The notes under the pieces were generated by a model that worked only from the letters and a program-made list of their open reading frames with translations, searched no databases and had not been told where the DNA came from. From Clostridia bacterium (GTDB lineage: Bacteria > Bacillota > Clostridia > CAKSNL01 > HGM11501), in contig JAZQAZ010000041.1 in the NCBI GenBank assembly GCA_045545475.1, positions 58,354 to 122,353 of the forward strand: a stretch of DNA of 64,000 nt, written 5' to 3'. A program made the position numbers and the translations under genes. Shown here in pieces: positions 20,198 to 30,393 of the stretch; the stretch's first letter is position 1, and every line of letters starts with the position of its first letter.

Positions 20198-21899
20198 ATT
20201 TAAGTTTAAGTTCGGCTTCTCTTTTTTCCTCATCAAAGCTTACTTCTCCATACACAGAAAGACTTCTGAAATATATGTGGGTATAGCCTTCTGCATTGAA
20301 AGATTCACATTGTTCATTATCCAGATATGCCACAATATCTGTGGAAAGCACATCTGAAATATAAGAGCCTATCTCTTCCTTTTCTCCCTCACTTGAGTAG
20401 GTGGATTTAATTTCTCCTCTATTATATATAACAGAGACCGTTCTCTTTTCTTCATCAAAAGTCACTTCAAATCCAAACTCTCTTAAGTCCTTTAACGCAA
20501 TGGCCATTTTCCCGCCTATATTAACGGCTTTAATCTCTTTTCCGTTTATATACGCTCTGATATCTGTCGAAACCACTTCTCCGATTTTTACGCCCATTTC
20601 AGGCTTTTCAGCGGGAGGTGTGTTTTCTTCTCCCGGTTTTTCCGAAGGCTTTTGATTCTCAATCCAAAGTTCGGGGTTCTTTCCGTTAAATGTCCAAACA
20701 TCATCCGGAAATTCCTCAAGATTTTCCTCGGATATAAATTGATTTAAAATATAGCTTTTTATAAACGAACTATTAATTTTTTCCGCTTTCAAAGGCAGAA
20801 TATCCTGATCATCCTCTTCTGCAAGAGTATATCCTAATGCCTTTTCGCATCGGTCTTCGGCATAGTAAGCATTTTCAATTTCACCGTATTCGGGTAAATC
20901 AGAATCCTCGGACAGCGGTGAATTTATCCCTACAATAGCTCCTCCATATTCTCCTGAGACAAATCCCTTAAAATATACCGATGTCAAAGAGCCGTAGCTT
21001 GCTCCTGCGATGCCGCCTGCAGCCTTGTCCGAAACAACACTTCCCACAGAATACACATACTCAAGTTCACTGAACTCATCCATATATCCGGCAATTCCGC
21101 CCGAATAGCTTTCTGCCTCTATTATTTCATCGCTGTAAGCATTCCTGATTACGCTATCTACCATGCGGCCAATAATGCCTCCTGCTGTAAGAATACCCTT
21201 TACATCACATTTTGATGTTACGGCATTGACGCTTGATAACGATACATAGCCTGATACTCCGCCTGCGTTACCCATTGATACAATTTCCGTATTGCTTACA
21301 GCATTATTAAGTGAGCTTTTATGAAGACTTCCCGCAATACCGCCGATATTTTCTTTGCCGTAGGCAAAACCTTCGGAAGACACATTTTCAATTTTTGAAC
21401 TCTCGGCAAATCCGACTATTACGCCGACATCGCTTCTTCCCCATAAAAAAGATTTTTCAACATTTAAGTTTTTGATTTCCCCATCTTTTACATATCCGAA
21501 AAGGCCCACATAGTTTTTTGCCGTATCGGACACATAAAGTCCTGTTATTGTTTTTCCGTTTCCGTCAAATGTTCCCTTAAAAAATGTTCTTGCATTTCCT
21601 ATGGGTTTCCAGATATTTTCAGGTGGATTTTCCTCCCATGAATAAAATTTATCCGTCGAATTTAACGAAATATCTTCCTTAAGAAGAAAATGTTTTCCTG
21701 AAAAGCTTTCTCCGTCATAGACCATATCTGACAAAAGAGCCAGATCTTCAGCCGTTTCTATAAGATACGGCGATTTTACGCTTCCCTCTCCTTTAAAGCT
21801 TTCAGATGCCTCTCCGCTCCATATCTCACTTTCCGCAGCAACAGCAAATAAATTAAATACAAACATTGCCGCAAACAAAAATGCAAATATTTTCTTCAT
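20196..21899 (-). CDS. Secreted GLUG-motif beta-helix surface protein with two C-terminal stalk-like repeats
   Basis: Signal peptide MKKIFAFL (ATG 21899, RBS GAAAGGAG); PYLIETAEDL, WKPIG..F.GTFDGNG..ITGL, repeated GGIAG; two STDI.AY..G repeats. Confidence 0.82.
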   Translation of the reverse strand: MKKIFAFLFAAMFVFNLFAVAAESEIWSGEASESFKGEGSVKSPYLIETAEDLALLSDMVYDGESFSGKHFLLKEDISLNSTDKFYSWEENPPENIWKPIGNARTFFKGTFDGNGKTITGLYVSDTAKNYVGLFGYVKDGEIKNLNVEKSFLWGRSDVGVIVGFAESSKIENVSSEGFAYGKENIGGIAGSLHKSSLNNAVSNTEIVSMGNAGGVSGYVSLSSVNAVTSKCDVKGILTAGGIIGRMVDSVIRNAYSDEIIEAESYSGGIAGYMDEFSELEYVYSVGSVVSDKAAGGIAGASYGSLTSVYFKGFVSGEYGGAIVGINSPLSEDSDLPEYGEIENAYYAEDRCEKALGYTLAEEDDQDILPLKAEKINSSFIKSYILNQFISEENLEEFPDDVWTFNGKNPELWIENQKPSEKPGEENTPPAEKPEMGVKIGEVVSTDIRAYINGKEIKAVNIGGKMAIALKDLREFGFEVTFDEEKRTVSVIYNRGEIKSTYSSEGEKEEIGSYISDVLSTDIVAYLDNEQCESFNAEGYTHIYFRSLSVYGEVSFDEEKREAELKLK

Positions 21900-21970
21900 G
21901 TGTTTGCTCCTTTCTTTCCACGAAAAAGTGTAACATATTATCAAGGCTTAGTCAATGGTATATAAAGGAA

Positions 21971-22210
21971 TCACAAAACCTTATACATATCTGCCGCATT
22001 TTCCTTTCTTACGGTTTCGGCAACTGAAAGAATTTCAACCTTTACGGTTTTTTCACCAAAGGTAATTTCCAGCACATCTCCAACCTTGACATCCGCTCCC
22101 GGTTTTGCAATTTTTCCGTTTACCGTAACACGACTTCCCGAACAAGCCTCCTGAGCCACCGTTCTTCTCTTTATTATTCTGGATACCTTAAGGTATTTAT
22201 CAAGTCTCAT
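21971..22210 (-). CDS. rqcP: S4-domain RNA-binding protein YabO/RqcP (Hsp15-like)
   Basis: MRLDKYLKVSRIIKRRTVA..AC..RV.VNG..AKP..VKVGD; follows mazG-hup. Confidence 0.88.
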   Translation of the reverse strand: MRLDKYLKVSRIIKRRTVAQEACSGSRVTVNGKIAKPGADVKVGDVLEITFGEKTVKVEILSVAETVRKENAADMYKVL

Positions 22211-22230
22211 AACTAAACTTCCTTTCATGT

Positions 22231-22266
22231 AAAAAAATCGTCTGTCCGAAGACAGACGATTTTTTA
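22231..22266 (-). terminator. Intrinsic terminator after hup
   Basis: AAAAAATCGTCTGTC-CGAA-GACAGACGATTTTTT. Confidence 0.85.
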
Positions 22267-22273
22267 TGACAAC

Positions 22274-22546
22274 TTATTTTACGATGTCTTTAAGAGCCTT
22301 ACCAGCCTTAAAAGCGGGAACTGTTGTTGCAGGAATCTTAACTTCTGCACCAGTCTGGGGGTTCTTACCAACACGTGCAGCACGCTTTCTTGCTTCGAAA
22401 GTACCGAAACCAACTAAAGCGATCTTGTCACCCTTCTTAAGTGTCTCTGCTACTACATCTGTGAAAGCAGCAAGAGCCTTTTCAGCGTCCTTCTTGGAAA
22501 GGCCTGTCTTTTCTACCATTGCCATTACAAGTTCTGTCTTGTTCAT
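22274..22546 (-). CDS. hup: HU DNA-binding protein
   Basis: MNKTEL, GFGTFE..KRAAR.GKNPQTG, PAFKAGK. Confidence 0.98.
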   Translation of the reverse strand: MNKTELVMAMVEKTGLSKKDAEKALAAFTDVVAETLKKGDKIALVGFGTFEARKRAARVGKNPQTGAEVKIPATTVPAFKAGKALKDIVK

Positions 22547-22584
22547 TTGTTTTTCCTCCTTTATAAAAAGTATTTAATATAAGT

Positions 22585-22613
22585 AATTCGCCATAAAATG
22601 CGAAATTCCTTTT
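22585..22613 (-). promoter_or_regulatory. Putative SigH promoter for hup
   Basis: Minus strand AAAGGAATTT-N12-CGAAT resembles the SigH consensus (AGGA...GAAT). Confidence 0.55.
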
Positions 22614-22639
22614 TTTTCAAGGCTTTTTTTCCTTCATTT

Positions 22640-23413
22640 TTACAGTTTTTTAGCTTTTTCCCACAGCTCGTCTTTTATCTTCATATCAACAGAGGCAAAG
22701 TCCTCTTCTCCGTCGTAGAGCTGTTCCATTTTTTCAAAGCGTGAAACAAACTTTTTGTTTGCAGCCATCAAAGCCTTTTCCGGATCAATGGAAAGCTTTC
22801 TTGCAAGATTTGCAACCGCAAATAGCAAATCCCCGATTTCTTCTTCCACGTTTCCTTTACCTGCCAGGGCGTCCTCCACCTCAGCTATTTCTTCTTTGAT
22901 TTTAGGAATTACGGCGTTGGCATCCTTCCAGTCAAAACCGGCTTTGCCGGCACGCTTCTGAATCTTTTCCGCACGGGTTAATGCAGGAAGAGCTTTAACC
23001 ACATCTTTTAAATCCTGAGCGTAGGATGTAAAGCCTTTTTCAACGCTTTTTATCTTCTCCCATTTTACCAAAACTTCACTGCTTTTGTCAAGTGTTTTTT
23101 CGTCATTTTCCCTAAAAACATGCGGATGACGCCTTACCATCTTCTCATAAACGTTTCCTGCCACATCATCCAGGTCATATTTACCATCTTCCTCGGCAAT
23201 GATCGCATGAAATACCACCTGCATCAAAACGTCTCCAAGCTCATCCATAGTCTTTTCATCGTTGCCTTCGTCAATGGCATCAAAGGTCTCATATGCCTCT
23301 TCGAGCATGTTCATTTTTATTGAATCGTGAGTCTGCTCTCTGTCCCAGGGGCAACCACCGGGTGCACGAAGAGTTTTTATAAGTTCCACAAATTCATACA
23401 CATTCTTTTTCAT
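22640..23413 (-). CDS. mazG: Nucleoside triphosphate pyrophosphohydrolase
   Basis: LRAPGGCPWDREQT, EEAYE, ELGDVL, RRHPHVF, EEIGDLLF. Confidence 0.97.
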   Translation of the reverse strand: MKKNVYEFVELIKTLRAPGGCPWDREQTHDSIKMNMLEEAYETFDAIDEGNDEKTMDELGDVLMQVVFHAIIAEEDGKYDLDDVAGNVYEKMVRRHPHVFRENDEKTLDKSSEVLVKWEKIKSVEKGFTSYAQDLKDVVKALPALTRAEKIQKRAGKAGFDWKDANAVIPKIKEEIAEVEDALAGKGNVEEEIGDLLFAVANLARKLSIDPEKALMAANKKFVSRFEKMEQLYDGEEDFASVDMKIKDELWEKAKKL

Positions 23414-23426
23414 AATGTTCTCCTTA

Positions 23427-25127
23427 TTATATGAGATGGGCCTTTTCCATAAGCGTCAAAATTTTCTCGCCCTTGGGAAGCAGTAATATTTCTTCCTTTT
23501 TAAGGGTTTTAGTGAAAACAATCGCAGCGAAATAAACGATAACCGACACTCCGATGGATATAATCATCGACAATGTTTCTCCCAGAAGACCGGTAAATAT
23601 GTATTTCACTCCAATGGTAAATATGCCCATAATAACTCCGCATAATACGGGTTTTGCGATAAATCCTTTAAAGTCAGGCCTTATTCCTGAATTTTTGCAA
23701 AGGGCGATAATGTTAAGAGCCGCCACTGTAATATAACATAAAAGCGTGCCGATGGGTGCACCCATTATATTTATCTCCGGTCTTCCCACCAAAACCAAAT
23801 TTACCAGAATCTTAACAGCTCCGCCTATAAGCATATTAACCACAGGAACCCATACTTTACCCCATGACTGTAAAAGTGCATTAACAATCTGCACAAGGGT
23901 TAAAAACAGAACTGCGATTCCCATTACATTAAGCAGTACAGAAAAGCTTCCGTCACCGTAAATAAGCGAAAAAATCGGTTTAGCGAGAATACTCATTCCG
24001 ATTGCACACGGCAGTGCAAGAACCACAGTTATCAAAAGAGCTGATTTTGTAAAGCTGCGACTCTTCTTTTTATCGTTCTCCGCATTGGCTGATGCAATGG
24101 CCGGCACAGCACTCGTGGCAATCGCCGAAATAATAACCGCAGGCATATTGAAAAGCGTTATAGCCCTAACCAGATAGCCATAGACAAAAGCCGCTTTCTT
24201 TTCCTTGAGCTTTTCTCCGAATTCTTCATTTTCTCCCACCTGAAGCTTTGAAGGAATTTCTTCATAGTCTTTCGCTCTTTCTTCATTAAGATTAGAAAGA
24301 ACAGACTGCTCTGCCGTTTCAGATTCAGCAATATATCCCTTCATCTGATTGGTTACCATCGCCGTATCTATGAAAGATGTCAAAGTGAAAACCGAAACAC
24401 CAAGCGTTATGGGAACAGCTATTTTCACTATATTGATAAGCACTCTTTTTGTTGTAAGTTTAGTTTTTTCTGACTTGTTCTCGTTTTTCTTTCCTTTAAG
24501 ATAATAAAGGAACAGGAAAATTATTCCGAGTATACTTCCAACTGTTACTCCGGAAATAGCCCCGGCAGAAGCGTAGAGTTTTCCCTTCGGAAGCAACAGA
24601 TAAGCCAGAGATAGGCCGACAAAAAGTTTGCATGTTGCCTCAATTACTTCGCTTATTGCTGTAGGCAGCATATTACCCTGCCCCTGAAAATATCCTCTGA
24701 AGGCACTCATGCCCGCAACAAAAAGCAAACTGGGACTCATCACCATAACAGTTAGATATGCATCGGGGTAGCCTAAAAGACCGGAAAAAAGCCTGGAGCC
24801 TGCTCCCAGCACAATACTGCCTATTCCGCCTATGCCCAAAAGAAGCAAAAGAGAAACCTTAAGTATTTTTCTTGAGCCGTCATAATCTCCGGTTGATTCA
24901 GACTCTGCCACAAGTTTTGATATTGCTGTGGGAAGTCCAGCCGTAGAAATTACAAAAAGCAGGTTGTAAATCATATACGAGGTATTATAAAGAGCCATGC
25001 CATCCGTCTGAAGCACAAATGTATCCAGCGGAATTTTGAATACTGCCCCGATTATTTTAACCAGTATGTTTGCTACAGCAATAATCATAGCCCCTTCAAT
25101 AAAGCCCATTTTTTTATTTTTGCCCAT
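23427..25127 (-). CDS. Polysaccharide biosynthesis/MurJ-like flippase (YabM/SpoVB family)
   Basis: STAGLPTAISKLVAE, FRGYFQG..NM.PTA.SEV.E; multi-TM; upstream of mazG as in the yabM-yabN order. Confidence 0.9.
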   Translation of the reverse strand: MGKNKKMGFIEGAMIIAVANILVKIIGAVFKIPLDTFVLQTDGMALYNTSYMIYNLLFVISTAGLPTAISKLVAESESTGDYDGSRKILKVSLLLLLGIGGIGSIVLGAGSRLFSGLLGYPDAYLTVMVMSPSLLFVAGMSAFRGYFQGQGNMLPTAISEVIEATCKLFVGLSLAYLLLPKGKLYASAGAISGVTVGSILGIIFLFLYYLKGKKNENKSEKTKLTTKRVLINIVKIAVPITLGVSVFTLTSFIDTAMVTNQMKGYIAESETAEQSVLSNLNEERAKDYEEIPSKLQVGENEEFGEKLKEKKAAFVYGYLVRAITLFNMPAVIISAIATSAVPAIASANAENDKKKSRSFTKSALLITVVLALPCAIGMSILAKPIFSLIYGDGSFSVLLNVMGIAVLFLTLVQIVNALLQSWGKVWVPVVNMLIGGAVKILVNLVLVGRPEINIMGAPIGTLLCYITVAALNIIALCKNSGIRPDFKGFIAKPVLCGVIMGIFTIGVKYIFTGLLGETLSMIISIGVSVIVYFAAIVFTKTLKKEEILLLPKGEKILTLMEKAHLI

Positions 25128-25184
25128 AGGACACCTCTTTTTTTATTTTTTTGAATAAAAGCAAATTATAAGGGTATTATAATA

Positions 25185-25295
25185 AATGTGTGGTGACACA
25201 CAAGTCTTTTTCATTATTCCCTTCTCCAATATCATACAGCTATGCTGTAAACAGAAAGAGTTTCCTTAAGTAAAAGGAACTCTTTTTGTTTTTTT
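25185..25295 (+). ncRNA. Candidate trans-acting small RNA with anti-SD seed
   Basis: TTGAAT..TATTAT/TATAAT upstream; 5' hairpin TGTGTG-GTGA-CACACA; TCATTATTCCCTTCTCC; TACAGC-TAT-GCTGTA; terminator with plus-strand T run, opposite to both flanking genes. Confidence 0.5.
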
Positions 25296-25309
25296 ATTGA
25301 CATATTTTT

Positions 25310-26572
25310 TCAGCCTTTTATTTTGTCAAAATAGACTTTGATTGCCTGTTCAAACTTGTTGTCTCCAGGCTCATAGTATTTTTTGTCTTTTATTTCATCA
25401 GGCAGATATTGTTGTGCCACATAATGATTCGGGAAGCTGTGGGGATATTTATATGTAAGTCCTCTTCCCATCTTGGATGCTCCACTGTAATGAGAGTCTT
25501 TAAGATGTGGCGGAATATCTCCTGTGTTTCCCGCAGACAGGTCAGACATCGCAGAGTCGATTGCCGTTATGGCACTGTTGGACTTAGGTGCTGTTGCAAG
25601 AAGCAACGTCGCCTCTGCAAGGGGAATACGTGCTTCGGGGAATCCCAGCTGAAACGCCGCATCCACACAGGACTTAACAATACTTATTGCCTGCGGATAA
25701 GCAAGCCCCACATCCTCTGCAGCTATTACAAGAAGACGCCTTGCAATAATCTGCAAATCGTCGGATGCCACAAGTCTTGCAAGATAATGCATCGCGGCAT
25801 CAGGATCGCTTCCCCTGATAGATTTTTGAAAAGCACTTATTATATCATAATGGCTGTCTCCGTCCTTATCATATCTCAGTGCCTTTTTTTGAGTACAATC
25901 CTCTGCTGTTTCCAACGTCACATGAATTTTTCCGTCACTATCGGGATTTGCGGCAAGCATACAGACTTCAACAGAGTTAAGGGCTTTCCTCACATCACCC
26001 CCGGAAAGATGAGCAATATGTGTAATGGCATCATCATCGAAGGATACATTCTTTTCTCCTGACACAATTCCTATTGCCCTTCTTACCGCTTTCTCTGTTT
26101 CTTTTGGTGAAACTTCCTTAAATTCAAACACCGTACATCTGGATAAAATAGCGTTATATATGTAAAAATAAGGATTTTCCGTTGTGCTGGCAATAAGGGT
26201 TATTTTTCCGTTTTCGATAAATTCAAGAAGCGACTGTTGCTGTTTCTTATTGAAATTCTGAATCTCGTCAAGGTACAAAAGAACTCCGTCCATTCCAAGC
26301 ATGGAATCAAGTTCGTTTATTATACTTTTAATATCGCTTACTCCGGCAGTTGTTGCATTTAAGCGGTAAAGCCTTTTATTGCTCTTTTCCGCAGCAATGT
26401 TTGCAACTGTGGTTTTCCCTGTACCGGAAGGGCCGTAAAATATCATATTAGAAATATTTCCCGACTCTAGGATATTCCTAAGAGCTTTGCCTTCCGAGAG
26501 TAAATGTTCCTGACCAACCACATCGGATATTAAAGACGGACGCATTCTGTCAGCCAATGGTCTTGATGCCAT
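25310..26572 (-). CDS. rarA: Replication-associated recombination protein A (MgsA)
   Basis: PLADRMRP..VGQEHL, GPSGTGKT, TTENPYF, SAFQKSIRGSDPDAA, YKYPH. Confidence 0.97.
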   Translation of the reverse strand: MASRPLADRMRPSLISDVVGQEHLLSEGKALRNILESGNISNMIFYGPSGTGKTTVANIAAEKSNKRLYRLNATTAGVSDIKSIINELDSMLGMDGVLLYLDEIQNFNKKQQQSLLEFIENGKITLIASTTENPYFYIYNAILSRCTVFEFKEVSPKETEKAVRRAIGIVSGEKNVSFDDDAITHIAHLSGGDVRKALNSVEVCMLAANPDSDGKIHVTLETAEDCTQKKALRYDKDGDSHYDIISAFQKSIRGSDPDAAMHYLARLVASDDLQIIARRLLVIAAEDVGLAYPQAISIVKSCVDAAFQLGFPEARIPLAEATLLLATAPKSNSAITAIDSAMSDLSAGNTGDIPPHLKDSHYSGASKMGRGLTYKYPHSFPNHYVAQQYLPDEIKDKKYYEPGDNKFEQAIKVYFDKIKG

Positions 26573-26597
26573 AATCTGCCTCCTTTCCGTAAAATCT

Positions 26598-26626
26598 CTT
26601 TGCCAAAGCCTAAGGCTTTGGCAAAG
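26598..26626 (-). terminator. Hairpin/terminator after glyA
   Basis: CTTTGCCAAAGCC-TAA-GGCTTTGGCAAAG. Confidence 0.7.
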
Positions 26627-26639
26627 TCATCATCAGTAA

Positions 26640-27875
26640 TTAATAAAGAGGATATTTATCGCAAAGAGCTTTAACTCTTGCTCTTGCCTCATCATACTTG
26701 GATTCGTCTCCAAGTGCTGCAATCTTAATAATCTTCGCAACTTCCTTCATATCATCTTCCTTGAAACCTCTCGTCGTAACAGCAGGGCTTCCGAGACGGA
26801 TACCGCTTGTAACAAAGGGTTTTTCAGGATCAAAAGGTATAGCATTCTTATTACAGGTCACTCCGATATCGTCAAGTCTTCTTTCAAGTTCTTTACCTGT
26901 AAGAGAAAACTTTCTCACATCAACCAGCATAAGATGGTTGTCCGTTCCGCCGGAAACTATATCAAAACCTTCTTCGATAAGACTCTCAGAAAGTGTTTTT
27001 GCATTCTTTATAACCTGTGCCTGGTATGCTTTGAAATCTTCGCTTAAAGCTTCCTTGAAGCACATAGCCTTACCTGCAATAACGTGCATCAAAGGGCCTC
27101 CCTGTATTCCGGGGAATATAGCTTTGTCGATTCTCTTTGCAAGCTCTTCGTCATTTGTCAAAATAAGACCGCCTCTTGGACCTCTTAAGGTCTTGTGGGT
27201 TGTACTTGTAACAACATCTGCATACTCCACGGGATTGGGATGAAGACCTGCCGCAACAAGTCCTGCAATGTGGGCCATGTCAACCATAAGATATGCTCCC
27301 ACTTCTTTTGCAATTTCAGAAAAACGGGCAAAATCAATTGTTCTTGAATATGCACTAGCACCCGCAAGAATCATCTTAGGCTTTACCTCAAGAGCAATTC
27401 TTCTTACCTCATCATAATCTATCATTCCGGTTTCTTCAGAAACTCCGTAAGGTACAACATTAAAATACTTACCAGACATATTAACGGGAGAACCGTGGCT
27501 CAAATGTCCGCCATGTGCAAGATTCATTCCCATGTATGTGTCGCCGGGTTCTAAAAGTGCAAAGAATACCGCCATATTTGCCTGAGCACCGCTGTGAGGC
27601 TGGACGTTTGCGAACTTCGCACCAAAAAGCTCTTTTGCTCTGTCACGAGCCAAATCTTCCACCACATCAACATGCTCACAACCACCATAATAACGCTTTC
27701 CGGGATAGCCTTCGGCATATTTATTGGTAAGTGGTGAACCCATTGCCTCCATTATTTCTCTTGTAACAAAGTTTTCAGATGCAATAAGCTCAATTTTATT
27801 CTGCTGTCTTTTTACTTCGTTTTCTATGGCCAGAGCCAATTCTGGATCTACTTTTGAAACTCTCTCTGTAAACAT
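26640..27875 (-). CDS. glyA: Serine hydroxymethyltransferase
   Basis: [33 protein letters not shown]. Confidence 0.99.
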   Translation of the reverse strand: MFTERVSKVDPELALAIENEVKRQQNKIELIASENFVTREIMEAMGSPLTNKYAEGYPGKRYYGGCEHVDVVEDLARDRAKELFGAKFANVQPHSGAQANMAVFFALLEPGDTYMGMNLAHGGHLSHGSPVNMSGKYFNVVPYGVSEETGMIDYDEVRRIALEVKPKMILAGASAYSRTIDFARFSEIAKEVGAYLMVDMAHIAGLVAAGLHPNPVEYADVVTSTTHKTLRGPRGGLILTNDEELAKRIDKAIFPGIQGGPLMHVIAGKAMCFKEALSEDFKAYQAQVIKNAKTLSESLIEEGFDIVSGGTDNHLMLVDVRKFSLTGKELERRLDDIGVTCNKNAIPFDPEKPFVTSGIRLGSPAVTTRGFKEDDMKEVAKIIKIAALGDESKYDEARARVKALCDKYPLY

Positions 27876-27877
27876 TA

Positions 27878-28300
27878 TTATTCCTCCGTATTAATTATTT
27901 CGTATGAACGGTCAAGTATAAATTTTAACCGCTCATAATTTTTGCTTAAATATAAATATCCGATTAAAGCTTCGAATCCTGTGGCATGTCGGTAGGTTGT
28001 AACATCCGTATTTTTTGGAGCAGTGTAGCTTTTTGCATTTCTGCCCCTTTTATAAATTGCTTCCTCTTCTTCCGTAAGCAAAGGAAGAAGTACATGAATA
28101 GCATCGCTTTGAGCCTTTGCTTTTACAAACCTGGAACAAAGCTTATGAAGCTCATTTACCTTTTTATCGCCAATTGCCATAATCTTTGTCCTTATATATA
28201 ATGTATGAACCGAGTCCCCGATATAAGCAAGCGAAAGCGGGGCATAGCTTTTCACGTTTTCCGGCATAACGCCTGATAAATCACTTACGCTTTTTTCCAT
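27878..28300 (-). CDS. mrnC: Mini-ribonuclease III
   Basis: [27 protein letters not shown]; follows cysS. Confidence 0.95.
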   Translation of the reverse strand: MEKSVSDLSGVMPENVKSYAPLSLAYIGDSVHTLYIRTKIMAIGDKKVNELHKLCSRFVKAKAQSDAIHVLLPLLTEEEEAIYKRGRNAKSYTAPKNTDVTTYRHATGFEALIGYLYLSKNYERLKFILDRSYEIINTEE

Positions 28301-29673
28301 TTTACACCCTGAGCAGTATCTTCCAAAACGATACCCATAGCTTTAAGCTCATCTCTGATTTCATCGGCTCTCTTATAATTTTTCTCGCTTCTTGCCTTTG
28401 TTCTTTCTGCAATTAAAGCTTCAACCTTTTCCGATAAATCTTCTTTTTCTTCCGATGCGATTACGCCGAGAACCGAGCAAAGCTCTTCTATCGTATCCTT
28501 TGCGTATGCAAGGCTTTCTTTGGAAAGATTGTTTGCATTCGAGTTTGCTTCCTTAACGGCATCGAAAATAGCCGCAATACCGTCAGCTGTGTTAAGATCG
28601 TCATCCATACCCTTTTTGAAAGCTTCCTTGAAGGAATCCATCTTTGCCGCAAAATCTTCGGATACGCCCTCTTCTTTTGCATTCTCCATTAAAAATTCAA
28701 GATTGGAAACACAGGTTGTGATTCTTTCAAGACCGCTCTTTGATGCTTCCATAAGCTCATCTGAGAAGTTCATTGGACTTCTGTAATGTGCACTCAATAG
28801 GAAGAAACGGATTACATTATAGCTGTATTTTGCCGCAACATCACGCACGGTAAAGAAGTTATTTAATGACTTAGACATTTTCCTGTTGTCAACGTTTATA
28901 TAAGCATTATGCATCCAGTAATTAACAAAGTTACAGCCGTTGGCACATTCGCTCTGTGCAATTTCATTTGTATGGTGAGGGAAAATAAGGTCAATCGCAC
29001 CGCCATGGATGTCAATTGTTTTACCCAAGTACTTTGTACTCATGGCACTGCACTCAATGTGCCATCCGGGTCTTCCTTTACCCCATGGGCTGTCCCAACA
29101 AGGCTCACCGGGCTTTACTGCCTTCCAGAGTGCAAAGTCCAAAGGAGATTTTTTTCTTTCATCAACGTCAATTCTCGCACCGCTTTTTAAGTCATCAAGG
29201 CTTTGGTGTATAAGCTTGCCGTAATTTTTACATTTTTCAACCTCGAAATATACATCGCCTTCAACTTCATAGGCATAACCCTTTTCCACAAGCTCGGAAA
29301 CTATTTCAATGATTGCATCAATATTTTCTGTCGCCTTAGGGTGAACTGTTGCCTTTTTTATGTTAAGGCCTTCTGCATCAGTAAAATACTCTCCTATGTA
29401 TTTTTCGGCAATTTCAGCAACAGTTGTTCCGTCCTCATTTGCCTTTTTAATCATCTTGTCATCAATATCTGTAAAGTTCTGGACAAAGTTTACTTTATAG
29501 CCTATATATTCAAGATAACGGCGGAGAGTGTCGAATACAACAAACATTCTGGCATTTCCGATATGGAAAAAGTTATATACTGTAGGACCGCAGGCATAGA
29601 TACTTACTTCGCCCGGTTTAATGGGCACAAGTTCTTCTTTTTTTGCAGTCATTGTGTTAAATACTCTCATCAT
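28285..29673 (-). CDS. cysS: Cysteine--tRNA ligase
   Basis: CGPTVY..HIGN, GRPGWHIECS, KMSKS. Confidence 0.99.
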   Translation of the reverse strand: MMRVFNTMTAKKEELVPIKPGEVSIYACGPTVYNFFHIGNARMFVVFDTLRRYLEYIGYKVNFVQNFTDIDDKMIKKANEDGTTVAEIAEKYIGEYFTDAEGLNIKKATVHPKATENIDAIIEIVSELVEKGYAYEVEGDVYFEVEKCKNYGKLIHQSLDDLKSGARIDVDERKKSPLDFALWKAVKPGEPCWDSPWGKGRPGWHIECSAMSTKYLGKTIDIHGGAIDLIFPHHTNEIAQSECANGCNFVNYWMHNAYINVDNRKMSKSLNNFFTVRDVAAKYSYNVIRFFLLSAHYRSPMNFSDELMEASKSGLERITTCVSNLEFLMENAKEEGVSEDFAAKMDSFKEAFKKGMDDDLNTADGIAAIFDAVKEANSNANNLSKESLAYAKDTIEELCSVLGVIASEEKEDLSEKVEALIAERTKARSEKNYKRADEIRDELKAMGIVLEDTAQGVKWKKA

Positions 29674-30299
29674 TTATTCTCCTTTAATTCTTTTATTATC
29701 GCTTTAAGGTCATCAATTTCCTTTTGCATACGGCAAAACTCCTGTGAAACAGGGTCGGGAATATGAATCTGGTCAAGATCCACTTTCTTTTCACCCTTCT
29801 TAACAATTCTTCCGGGAACGCCCACACAGGTACAGTCCGGCGGAACTTCGTTTAATACCACGGCATTTGCCGCAATCTTACTGCGGTCGCCAACCTTGAA
29901 AGGTCCAAGCACCTTTGCACCCGCACCTATCATAACATTGTTGCCGATGGTTGGATGACGTTTTCCCGTATCCTTACCGGTACCTCCCAATGTTACTCCC
30001 TGATATATGGTACAGTTATCGCCTATTTCCGTAGTTTCACCGATTATTACTCCGCATCCGTGGTCTATTAAAAGATTCTTTCCGATGGTTGCACCAGGGT
30101 GAATTTCAATTAATGTAAACCACCTTACCAACTGCGAGATTAATCTTGCAAGAAAATAGAAATGTATTTTATAGAAAAAGTGTGCAATCCTGTGCCAGAA
30201 TATGGCGTGAACGCAAGGATAATTAAAGAAAATACTTATTATGCTTCTTGCTGCGGGATCACGTTCTTTTATGGATTTGAAATATCGGAACACAAACAT
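29670..30299 (-). CDS. cysE: Serine O-acetyltransferase
   Basis: RDPAA, IEIHPGA.IG, IDHG.GVIIGET, KRHPTIG hexapeptide repeats; SigA promoter TTGCAA-N17-TATAAT at 30353-30325. Confidence 0.97.
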   Translation of the reverse strand: MFVFRYFKSIKERDPAARSIISIFFNYPCVHAIFWHRIAHFFYKIHFYFLARLISQLVRWFTLIEIHPGATIGKNLLIDHGCGVIIGETTEIGDNCTIYQGVTLGGTGKDTGKRHPTIGNNVMIGAGAKVLGPFKVGDRSKIAANAVVLNEVPPDCTCVGVPGRIVKKGEKKVDLDQIHIPDPVSQEFCRMQKEIDDLKAIIKELKENK

Positions 30300-30362
30300 T
30301 TCTCCTTATAGCATACTCTATATTATTATACATAAAAAACGCCTCTCTTGCAACACATTTTT

Positions 30363-30393
30363 AAAAAAACCGCCGAAAAATTCGGCGGTTTTT
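30363..30393 (-). terminator. Intrinsic terminator after spoIIR
   Basis: AAAAAACCGCCGAA-AAA-TTCGGCGGTTTTT. Confidence 0.85.

Noticed and set aside
22266-22577. 103-aa ORF opposite hup
   Set aside because: Antisense shadow of the highly conserved HU gene
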